This document shows, one piece after another, positions 1-6,845 of a stretch of 24,000 nt of DNA (positions are counted from its first letter, which is position 1; each line of letters opens with the position of its first letter). The stretch is from Candidatus Aquicultor sp. (GTDB lineage: Bacteria > Actinomycetota > Aquicultoria > Aquicultorales > Aquicultoraceae): positions 353,955 to 377,954 of the forward strand of contig DASXVE010000025.1 in NCBI GenBank assembly GCA_036504445.1, given 5' to 3'. A model generated the notes under the pieces. The model worked only from the letters and a program-made list of their open reading frames with translations. It was not told the DNA's origin and did no database searches. The position numbers and the translations under genes were made by a program.

Positions 1-743
1 TCCATAACCTCGCTCTCCTCCTTGACAACCGTTCCGGCACCGCCGGTGAAGCTGCTGCGCACGTTGATGATTACACCGTGGTTTCGGCCAAACTCAACCG
101 AGCGCAGCTGCAAAACCTTCGCACCGGTCGCAGCCATCTCAAGCATTTCTTCATATGTGATCTCCGGGACGAGTGAGGCCTCCGGGACGATCCTGGGATC
201 GGCGGTAAAAACTCCCTCGACATCGGTATATATCTCGCACTTCTCCGCGCCCAAACCGGCGGCTAGGGCAACGGCGGTGGTATCCGAGCCACCACGACCA
301 AGTGTCGTGATGGTGTTATCGAGCGTCACACCCTGGAACCCGGCGACGATAACAATTTTGCCGTTCTCAAGTTCGCATTGAATGCGTTCGCTGCGCACAT
401 CTTCGATGCGCGCTTTGGTATGACAATCATCGGTTACAATACCCACTTGATACCCGGTAAATGATATTGCATCGTGACCAAGCTCATGTATCGCCATCGC
501 CAGCAGGGCGACCGATATCTGCTCACCGGTCGAAAGCAACATATCCATCTCACGCTCAGGCGGTTTGGTCGAGATTTGACGCGCCAGTTCGACAAGCTCG
601 TCTGTAGTATCGCCGAGCGCAGAAACGACGACAACAACCGATTTACCCTCGGTTTTTGTTGCCACGACACGCCGGGCAACATTTTTTATCTTCTCGACAT
701 CGGCTACCGAGCTACCGCCGAATTTCTGTACTACAACACCCAA
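1..743 (-). CDS. lysC: Aspartate kinase, N-terminal ~247 codons; the 3' end of the gene lies off-window to the left
   Basis: The minus-strand frame is open to the window edge, so it is absent from the supplied ORF track. Translation reads (M)[72 protein letters not shown], the amino-acid-kinase signature of aspartokinases. The TTG at 743 has GGAGGA about 6 nt upstream (750-755). The in-frame ATG at 776 has no SD. Confidence 0.9.
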   Translation of the reverse strand, partial: MGVVVQKFGGSSVADVEKIKNVARRVVATKTEGKSVVVVVSALGDTTDELVELARQISTKPPEREMDMLLSTGEQISVALLAMAIHELGHDAISFTGYQVGIVTDDCHTKARIEDVRSERIQCELENGKIVIVAGFQGVTLDNTITTLGRGGSDTTAVALAAGLGAEKCEIYTDVEGVFTADPRIVPEASLVPEITYEEMLEMAATGAKVLQLRSVEFGRNHGVIINVRSSFTGGAGTVVKEESEVM

Positions 744-850
744 AGCGCTTCCTCCAAAGACGTGTGACCATTTCATGTGAGCTTGTGAGTTAACTTATTG
801 TACCAGCCAAAACAGTTCACTTCAACCGCACGACCACGGTATGTCTATGA

Positions 851-920
851 TAGTATAAAGATTCACGCGTTTCTGCAACCTACGCGGCTGAGATGTACTC
901 TCAGGGGTGCCCCTATACTA
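851..920 (-). promoter_or_regulatory. Candidate structured 5' leader RNA (three-way junction) upstream of aspartate kinase; class unknown
   Basis: Read on the minus strand, the closing stem is TAGTATAGGG / CTTTATACTA (10 bp including two G-U pairs). It encloses hairpin CTGAGA-gtaca-TCTCAG (888-904) and hairpin CGCGT-11 nt-ACGCG (866-886). On the plus strand the G-U pairs become A-C mismatches, so the fold favours the lysC-sense transcript. Confidence 0.3.
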
Positions 921-1105
921 GTCACCTAACTACCGCTTGGCGTATGGCCTTACCATAGGATTGCATCTCAATCCATATTATGTCTCGATTGTGGAACACC
1001 GCTTTACAACTAAGCAGTGTTATTAGTTTTCTTGATGATACTTCGCGGTATAATATATTTGCATAAATTCTTGAATAAAAAGCGCAGGGCGTTAATCCCG
1101 ATTAC

Positions 1106-1870
1106 GTGGCAAATAATATGGTAAAATTAAGACGTATTGTCATCATTGTTAGCACATTTATTTTCTTCCTCATTATGGGCGGGCTACTTACGACTGCGCA
1201 CCAAAAAGACCCCGCTCGGCCACGCGCAACCCTCTACGATCACACAACGTATAAAAAGCCTATCGCCCTAACATTTGACGACGGTCCTGATGTTCGCTAT
1301 ACACCCCAAGTGCTGCGCATATTAAAAAAGGAACACGTACCGGCAACTTTTTTTGTAGTCGGTAATGAAGTCGACGCTCACCCGGATTTGGCACGACAGA
1401 TAGTTGCGGACGGCAACCTTATTGAGAACCACACGTACACGCACCCTAACTTGCGCTATGATTCTCCGAAAGACATCCAGCGCGAGCTCAGTTTATGCGC
1501 CGAAGCAATTAAGCATGCAACCGGCATGCAGCCAATATATTTCAGGCCGCCGCGTGGGATTTTTGACAACCGCACGCTTGCGATAGCAGAGAAAGATAAC
1601 TATGACGTTCTACTCTGGAGTATAGCTGTTGAACACAAAGCCTCACGCACACCGGCCGACGAAGCCAGGCGTATCTTACACTACACAACGCCTGGCAGCA
1701 TTCTTCTTGCCCATGATGGCCGGCTCAACCGTGAGAAGACCGTAAAAGCCCTTCCCATGATTATTCATGGGCTCAAGGCTAGAGGCTATACATTTGTCGA
1801 TGCTACATATTTCGACTACCATCCGCATGCACCGTTTAGGCCTGAGTTTCAGAGGATACATGACCCATAA
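1106..1870 (+). CDS. Polysaccharide deacetylase family protein (NodB homology domain, PgdA-like), N-terminal membrane anchor
   Basis: The ORF carries LTFDDGPD..TPQVLRILKKEHVPATFFVVG..IENHTYTHPNL..FRPPRG..LLAHDG, the canonical NodB motifs. An N-terminal hydrophobic helix reads IVIIVSTFIFFLIMGGLL. The start is either GTG 1106 or ATG 1118. Confidence 0.9.
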   Translation: MANNMVKLRRIVIIVSTFIFFLIMGGLLTTAHQKDPARPRATLYDHTTYKKPIALTFDDGPDVRYTPQVLRILKKEHVPATFFVVGNEVDAHPDLARQIVADGNLIENHTYTHPNLRYDSPKDIQRELSLCAEAIKHATGMQPIYFRPPRGIFDNRTLAIAEKDNYDVLLWSIAVEHKASRTPADEARRILHYTTPGSILLAHDGRLNREKTVKALPMIIHGLKARGYTFVDATYFDYHPHAPFRPEFQRIHDP

Positions 1871-1906
1871 AATGTGCGCTGCGCGAGATTTATGTGCGCA
1901 CGTCTC

Positions 1907-1935
1907 TTTAAAAACAGTCCCGTAAACCGTATAAT
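1907..1935 (+). promoter_or_regulatory. Candidate sigma70-type promoter (TTTAAA-N17-TATAAT) for the zinc-ribbon gene
   Basis: TTTAAA lies at 1907-1912, followed by a 17-nt spacer and TATAAT at 1930-1935. The -10 element ends 8 nt before ATG 1944, and there is no SD. Confidence 0.3.
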
Positions 1936-1937
1936 CA

Positions 1938-2375
1938 TTGAATATGTCATATTGTCCAAAATGCGGAACTAAATACGAATCTGGATTCAAGTGCGCTAAT
2001 TGCGGCACGTTGCTGAAGTATGGCGGTTCCCCTGAGCGCAAAGGTCCGTCGCTATGGCAGCGGATCATGCAATATAAGAGCTATATTGTACTTGTTGCGC
2101 TTGCAATCGTCATCGCAGCAACCCGCGCCACGTTCGCTGTTACCTCGATTTACTGGATTCTTATCATCGGTCTTGTCATCGCAGTTATAGTGTTATGGCT
2201 GCGCGGCAGAAACCGTGCGCGTCAATACAATCAGTACAACAGACCGCGCAGCGCGCCCCCGCAGGGGCGGTATCCAAACCAGGGTCCGCAGGCGGCGCCG
2301 CACAAGAAACACGCGAACGTTATCCCGTTTCGGAAAAAACGCGACGGTAAATCGAAAGCGAAACCGGATCGGTAA
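1938..2375 (+). CDS. Zinc-ribbon membrane protein, function unknown
   Basis: The N-terminus CPKCGTKYESGFKCANCG is a CxxC-N10-CxxC zinc ribbon. It is followed by two hydrophobic helices (IVLVALAIVIAA.., IYWILIIGLVIAVIVLW) and a basic, Pro/Gln-rich tail. The likely start is ATG 1944; the track start TTG 1938 is the alternative. Confidence 0.6.
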   Translation: MNMSYCPKCGTKYESGFKCANCGTLLKYGGSPERKGPSLWQRIMQYKSYIVLVALAIVIAATRATFAVTSIYWILIIGLVIAVIVLWLRGRNRARQYNQYNRPRSAPPQGRYPNQGPQAAPHKKHANVIPFRKKRDGKSKAKPDR

Positions 2376-2434
2376 AGCTGAAAGGCAACACATACCGGTT
2401 AGCAAAAAATACCAATTACAGATTATGAACAACA

Positions 2435-2469
2435 AAACCCCTTTGAGAACTTCAAAGGGGTTTCTTTTG
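2435..2469. terminator. Bidirectional rho-independent terminator between convergent genes
   Basis: AAACCCCTTTGA-gaac-TCAAAGGGGTTT forms a 9-12 bp stem. It is flanked by A-runs upstream and TTTCTTTTG downstream, so it reads as a hairpin plus U-tract on both strands. It sits between the stop at 2375 (+) and the dnaB stop at 2498 (-). Confidence 0.7.
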
Positions 2470-2497
2470 ATCTTGAATTTTTGTTGCGTCAATTTAG

Positions 2498-3862
2498 CTA
2501 GCTCGTCTTTGCGTAATTTTCAAAGCGCGTGCAATGTTCGTTAAAGTAGAGATTGATAACACCGGTCGGGCCGTTACGGTGCTTAGCGACAATAACTTCA
2601 GCCGAAGCACGTTCCTCAGCCGCGCTAATATCATCGTAGTTGCCGTACATGTTGCGGTGAATAAACATAACGATGTCTGCATCTTGTTCAATGGCTCCAG
2701 ACTCACGCAGGTCAGAGAGTTGCGGTTTCTTATCGCTTCTCTGCTCGACCGCACGCGAGAGCTGCGATAGCGCGATAACCGGTACCTCAAGCTCTTTTGC
2801 AAGGATTTTTAAACCTCGTGATATCTCGGCGATCTCTTGCTGCCTATTCTCAACACGGCGATACGATTGCATCAGCTGCAGGTAGTCAACGATGATAACG
2901 CCCGGCGAATGCCGTGCGAACAACCGGCGGGCTTTTGCGCGCACTTCAAGGATGCCGATACTCGGCGTGTCATCGATAAAGATCGGAGTTTCGGCGAGTT
3001 TGCCGACGGCGCGCGCGAGCTTTGCCCAATCGTCATCACCTAAGTGACCGGTACGCAAGCGATAGCTGTCGATACGCGCTTCGGCGCACATCAAACGCTG
3101 TGCAAGCTGCTGGCGGCTCATCTCCAAGCTGAACACCGCAACCGGGATGTTGGCAAGCGCCATATTTGTCGCCAAATTAAGTGCGAGTGCGGTCTTTCCC
3201 ATCGCGGGGCGAGCCGCTAAAACAACCAGGTCCCCGGGGTGAAACCCGGTAAGGAGCTTATCCATGTCGTGGTAGCCGGTCGGTACACCGGTGATTTGCT
3301 CCTTCTTTTCGTAGAGGCTTTCAACCAGCTCAAAACCCTCTTTGAGCAAGTCTTTAATATGGATGAACTTCTCGCTCATGCGCTTGTGGGCGATCTGGAA
3401 GATGAGGCCCTCCGCCCGGTCGATTAAGCCTTCGACGTCCTCGGGCGCGTTGTAGCCCATCGACGCGATTTCAGTTGAAACGCTGATGAGCGAGCGAAGC
3501 GTGGCGTTGCGCTCGATAATCTTCGCGTAATACTTTGCGTTGGCGGCGCTCGGTACCGAGCCTACAAGAGTGTGGATATACGACCTGCCGCCGCACGTCT
3601 CGAGGTAGCCTCGTGCCGAGAGCGCCTCAGAGAGCGTAATCGGATCGGCGGGCTCCCCTTTGGCGTACAGATCTACAATCGTCTCGTAAATACGGCGATG
3701 CGCCTCGGTATAAAATGCCTCTGGCGCGAGCATCTCTAGAATCTCAGAAACCGCTTCCTGAGAGATCAGCATCGCGCCAAGCAACGACTGCTCCGCCTCT
3801 ATATTATGCGGCGGAACTTTATCAAAGTTTACATACTGCTGCGATCCGTCAGCAGTCCTCAT
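2498..3862 (-). CDS. dnaB: Replicative DNA helicase DnaB
   Basis: The 454-aa product starts PPHNIEAEQSLLGAML and has Walker A GDLVVLAARPAMGKTALALN, followed by FSLEMS and IIVDYLQLM motifs. Its ATG directly abuts the rplI stop. Confidence 0.97.
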   Translation of the reverse strand: MRTADGSQQYVNFDKVPPHNIEAEQSLLGAMLISQEAVSEILEMLAPEAFYTEAHRRIYETIVDLYAKGEPADPITLSEALSARGYLETCGGRSYIHTLVGSVPSAANAKYYAKIIERNATLRSLISVSTEIASMGYNAPEDVEGLIDRAEGLIFQIAHKRMSEKFIHIKDLLKEGFELVESLYEKKEQITGVPTGYHDMDKLLTGFHPGDLVVLAARPAMGKTALALNLATNMALANIPVAVFSLEMSRQQLAQRLMCAEARIDSYRLRTGHLGDDDWAKLARAVGKLAETPIFIDDTPSIGILEVRAKARRLFARHSPGVIIVDYLQLMQSYRRVENRQQEIAEISRGLKILAKELEVPVIALSQLSRAVEQRSDKKPQLSDLRESGAIEQDADIVMFIHRNMYGNYDDISAAEERASAEVIVAKHRNGPTGVINLYFNEHCTRFENYAKTS

Positions 3863-4318
3863 TTACTCCTCTTTGCTCTCGACTACGTTAACCTTTACCG
3901 TGGTCTCAACACCCGGATAAATCTTAATGGTTACCGGGTGCTCACCGAGCTCTTTAATATGTTCGCTTTCGATTTTCTTGCGATCGACTTCAACCTTAAG
4001 CTGGGCCAAAACCGCCTCGGCGATCTCTTTTGAGGTAACAGAACCGTAGAGTTTGCCTTCCTCGCCCGCACGGGCCGGAATGGTAACTTCTTTATCGCGA
4101 AGCAGGTTTGCAATCTCTTCTGCTTCCGTTCTCTCTTGTGCCTCGCGCCTGATAATTAGATGCTTCTTCTGATCCCAATCGCGCAGGGCGCCTTTGGTTG
4201 CCATCTCTGCCAGGCCTTTTGGCATAAGGAAGTTTCTGGCGTAACCGTCAGCAACGGCTACAACATCTCCCATTTTTCCAAGGCCAGCTACCGGCTCTTT
4301 AAGGATAACCTTCATCAT
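3863..4318 (-). CDS. rplI: 50S ribosomal protein L9
   Basis: MKVILKEPVAGLGKMGDVVAVADGYARNFLMPKGLA is the L9 N-terminal signature. GGAGGAG lies upstream of the start, and the gene sits in the conserved position before dnaB. Confidence 0.95.
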   Translation of the reverse strand: MMKVILKEPVAGLGKMGDVVAVADGYARNFLMPKGLAEMATKGALRDWDQKKHLIIRREAQERTEAEEIANLLRDKEVTIPARAGEEGKLYGSVTSKEIAEAVLAQLKVEVDRKKIESEHIKELGEHPVTIKIYPGVETTVKVNVVESKEE

Positions 4319-4402
4319 TCTCCTCCAACAGATATTAATCTTGGGCTTTTTATCTTAGCACACAAAGCCCTCTTCGTCGATTTGCCGCTGTGCCAAACGC
4401 CT

Positions 4403-4431
4403 AAAAGCCCTGCTTCCCTAGCAGGGCTTTT
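4403..4431 (-). terminator. Hairpin plus short U-run between rpsR and rplI (terminator or attenuator)
   Basis: On the minus strand, AAAAGCCCTGCT-aggga-AGCAGGGCTTTT is followed by AGG, and it lies about 25 nt after the rpsR stop. The element is symmetric, and its U-run is only 4 nt. Confidence 0.5.
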
Positions 4432-4453
4432 GCAACGACTAGTGCAACGATTC

Positions 4454-4681
4454 TTATCTCATCGTGTACGGGATGAGCGCCATCTCACGAGCCCGCTTAA
4501 TTGCGATTGAGAGATCACGCTGGTGCTGTGCACACGTACCGGTTACGCGGCGCGGCCTAATCTTGCCACGGTCGCTCATGAACCGGCGCAGCATTTGTGT
4601 GTCTTTGTAATCGATATAATCGATGTGGTCCTTGCAGAACGCACAATATTTCCGACGCGGCTTACGAACATAATCCGCCAC
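4454..4681 (-). CDS. rpsR: 30S ribosomal protein S18
   Basis: The 75-aa product reads ..[41 protein letters not shown].., typical of S18. Confidence 0.97.
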   Translation of the reverse strand: MADYVRKPRRKYCAFCKDHIDYIDYKDTQMLRRFMSDRGKIRPRRVTGTCAQHQRDLSIAIKRAREMALIPYTMR

Positions 4682-4694
4682 TTAAATCAACTCC

Positions 4695-5114
4695 TTAAAA
4701 TGGTACATCGTCGATGTCGACATCCCCCAGAGCTTGCAGGTCAGCATCGGCGCTTTGTTCCATCAAATCTTCAGGTCGTGCTCCACCCTTATCGAGGCCT
4801 TGTATTCTGTTTGCTACAACCTCGACAGCGGAACGCTTTTGGCCCTCAGGCGTTTCCCATGAACGGCTTTGCAAACGACCCTCAACAAGAATCTGATTGC
4901 CCTTGCGCAGGTATTCGTTAACGAATTCCGCCTGCTTGCTCCAGGCAACTACATTGAAAAAGCTCGCTTCTTCAACCCACTCGCCGTCGTTTCCTTTATA
5001 CCGGCGGTTAACTGCAATTCCGATATTTGCAACCGCAGCGCCGCTGGGGGTAAATCTAAGTTCCGGGTCTCTGGTTAATCTTCCGATTAATAACACCTGA
5101 TTTAAACTGGCCAT
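4695..5114 (-). CDS. ssb: Single-stranded DNA-binding protein
   Basis: MASLNQVLLIGRLTRDPELRFTPSG is an OB-fold N-terminus, and the acidic C-terminal tip ends DIDDVPF. The gene sits between rpsF and rpsR. Confidence 0.95.
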   Translation of the reverse strand: MASLNQVLLIGRLTRDPELRFTPSGAAVANIGIAVNRRYKGNDGEWVEEASFFNVVAWSKQAEFVNEYLRKGNQILVEGRLQSRSWETPEGQKRSAVEVVANRIQGLDKGGARPEDLMEQSADADLQALGDVDIDDVPF

Positions 5115-5123
5115 TGTCTTCTC

Positions 5124-5411
5124 CTAGCTCTCGAGACGAACGATCATGTGCCGAATAACGCCATCGGTAATCTTCAGAACGCGATCGAGCTCGTCAATCG
5201 TTTGATTTTCACCTTGGAACGTCATGATTGTGTAGTAGCCTTCGTTGTTTTGACCGATTTGATAGGCGAGGCGTCGTCGCCCCCACTTGTTAATGTTTTC
5301 GAGCTTCCCACCGTTGTTGTTTACCAAATCGGAAAACCGGGTGATCAGTGCGTCGATCGCCTCAGCTTCCAAAGTGGGCTCGAGAATGATCATGCATTCG
5401 TAGTTCCTCAC
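5124..5411 (-). CDS. rpsF: 30S ribosomal protein S6
   Basis: (M)RNYECMIILEP..GKLENINKWGRRRLAYQI..EGYY is typical of S6. The GTG start lies 5 nt after GGGAGGTG. Confidence 0.95.
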   Translation of the reverse strand: MRNYECMIILEPTLEAEAIDALITRFSDLVNNNGGKLENINKWGRRRLAYQIGQNNEGYYTIMTFQGENQTIDELDRVLKITDGVIRHMIVRLES

Positions 5412-5473
5412 TTTTTCACCTCCCTCGGACTATTGGCTTCAGTTGAGCTGAAGCAGGAGTATAGGACCTAATG

Positions 5474-5499
5474 ATTATACCAGGCAAAGTGGATGTCAA
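5474..5499 (-). promoter_or_regulatory. Candidate promoter of the rpsF operon (extended -10)
   Basis: On the minus strand, TTGACA (5494-5499) and TGGTATAAT (-10 at 5474-5479 with a TGn extension) are separated by only 14 nt, so the call rests on the extended -10. The element overlaps the 3' end of the M23 gene. Confidence 0.4.
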
Positions 5500-6758
5500 C
5501 AAGATGCGATTGACGTAGTAATCGCATTTGTACCAATATCTTGTGCACTTCGCACAAAGCGAGCTGCCCCCATGGCACCAATCACCAGCACAGCCAACAA
5601 CGCTATAGCATTCGGCAGCCAAGGTGAGCTGCATGTCTTCTCTAGCCATGCAAGAGCTGGCTTTTTCGCCGCTAAGCCTGACGTGTGTAGCGGGTTGCGT
5701 GCACTAAATGGGTTTGCCTGTATACCTATTGGAACTATATTGTGTTTCGCAATTACCTCCTTACTAAGACTAATGTCTAACTCCCCAGGCCGATGCCCCG
5801 GTCGTAATGTTGTGCTTTTTTCAGTGTCTATTTGTTGGTCATAGCGTGGCTCCACGGATGTAGCCTGGGCCTGACCGAGAACTGTATTATTCGGTGTACC
5901 TGTTACGGATATTTGAGCAACGCCATTTTTGCTTGCTGCTACTGCGGTGACCCGGGGCGTAACCCGGGCTTCATCAGACGGTATAATGTTAGTGGCCACG
6001 TTCGGCCTTACGGTGCTGGCTAGCTCCGCTGCTTTTGGATCTTCTACAATGATTTTGTCTTCGGCCTGGGCTGGAGCCTGTATACTTGTCCCTATTTGAT
6101 TGATTGATGTGTTCTCGGTATTCTGCCCTAAAGTACCGATGCCAATCTGCTCGTTTAGCGACGCACCACGAGCATCAGATATATCTGCACGCGTATTTTG
6201 CATAGCTAATGATGGTAGTACCGGTTCGCCTGGTAGTATCTCACTACCTTCTTCCACAGCCGGAACTTCAGCTTTGATATCATTATTACTTGTGTGCATC
6301 GCTGAAAGGTCCGGTAGATAATTTGCTGGGTCCACATATAATTTGTTATCACGGGTTGCCGTATCGTACATACCGAAATGAAGGTGCGGTCCCTCCGTCG
6401 ATGGATCTATCTCTGATGACAGTACTCCGATCAAATCTCCCGCCTTTATAACGGTTCCCTTTTCAACCAGAGCACCGACCGGTAGATATGTACTAGTGAC
6501 ACCATCGTGATGCTCTATTGTTAAGCAGGGTTCACCGCGCGGGGTTTTACCGATCCAGTTTATTACCCCATCCTGTGCTGCTACGATTTCCGCTCCAACG
6601 CTAGCTGTGATATCAATGCCCCTATGCGCACCCGGATCAAAATTTGCCACGATGTCGCCGGGAACAGGCCATGTAAAATCACTCTGTGCCAAGGCAAGCG
6701 GTATGGACAAAATAGAGCAGCAACAAACAATCAAAAATATCAGCAACAATTTTCGCAT
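5496..6758 (-). CDS. M23 family (LytM-type) metallopeptidase with signal peptide, long low-complexity linker and C-terminal membrane anchor
   Basis: HRGIDI (HxxxD) and GPHLHFGMY (HxH) flank a LytM-like core. The signal peptide reads MRKLLLIFLIVCCCSILSIPLALA. A Ser/Thr/Ala/Gln-rich linker is followed by the hydrophobic helix WLPNAIALLAVLVIGAMGAA. ATG 6758 follows AAGGGTGGTG and is preferred over the track start at 6797. Confidence 0.85.
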   Translation of the reverse strand: MRKLLLIFLIVCCCSILSIPLALAQSDFTWPVPGDIVANFDPGAHRGIDITASVGAEIVAAQDGVINWIGKTPRGEPCLTIEHHDGVTSTYLPVGALVEKGTVIKAGDLIGVLSSEIDPSTEGPHLHFGMYDTATRDNKLYVDPANYLPDLSAMHTSNNDIKAEVPAVEEGSEILPGEPVLPSLAMQNTRADISDARGASLNEQIGIGTLGQNTENTSINQIGTSIQAPAQAEDKIIVEDPKAAELASTVRPNVATNIIPSDEARVTPRVTAVAASKNGVAQISVTGTPNNTVLGQAQATSVEPRYDQQIDTEKSTTLRPGHRPGELDISLSKEVIAKHNIVPIGIQANPFSARNPLHTSGLAAKKPALAWLEKTCSSPWLPNAIALLAVLVIGAMGAARFVRSAQDIGTNAITTSIASC

Positions 6759-6807
6759 ACTTACACCACCCTTAGTTGAATATGTGCTTTTATGCATCTG
6801 TGCTATT

Positions 6808-6836
6808 AATATACGCTAGCTTGGTCCACCCGTCAA
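6808..6836 (-). promoter_or_regulatory. Candidate sigma70-type promoter for the M23 peptidase gene
   Basis: On the minus strand, TTGACG (6831-6836), a 17-nt spacer and TATATT (6808-6813) lie in the 48-nt gap after the upstream gene. Confidence 0.5.
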
Positions 6837-6845
6837 CTATTTTAT

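Noticed and set aside
22-767. Track ORFs 22-381 (+), 434-682 (-) and 474-767 (+) at the left edge.
   Set aside because: All are antisense or out of frame relative to the edge-truncated aspartate kinase frame, which has unmistakable kinase motifs. Their translations are low-complexity with no motifs.
875-885. The 11-mer GCAACCTACGC is shared between the lysC leader (875-885) and the ACT/UPF0210 leader (13663-13673). This is tempting as a common regulator site for two ACT-domain-related loci.
   Set aside because: A single 11-nt match is expected many times by chance in 24 kb read on both strands. The orientation relative to the two genes is opposite, and there is no dyad symmetry.
781-1000. 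The lysC leader as a lysine riboswitch, T-box or SAM-I riboswitch.
   Set aside because: I could not find the L-box core (AGAGGCGC...GAGUA...CCGAAG...GGAGAGC) or S-box core elements. The only T-box-like string (GGCTGGTAC at about 806-814, minus strand) is a weak match to GGUGGUACCGCG, with no specifier-loop or terminator context.
2193-2802. Arg-rich ORFs 2215-2544 (+), 2193-2492 (-) and 2494-2802 (-) around the convergent terminator.
   Set aside because: They are alternative frames of the zinc-ribbon gene tail and of dnaB. They cross the terminator hairpin and have no start context.
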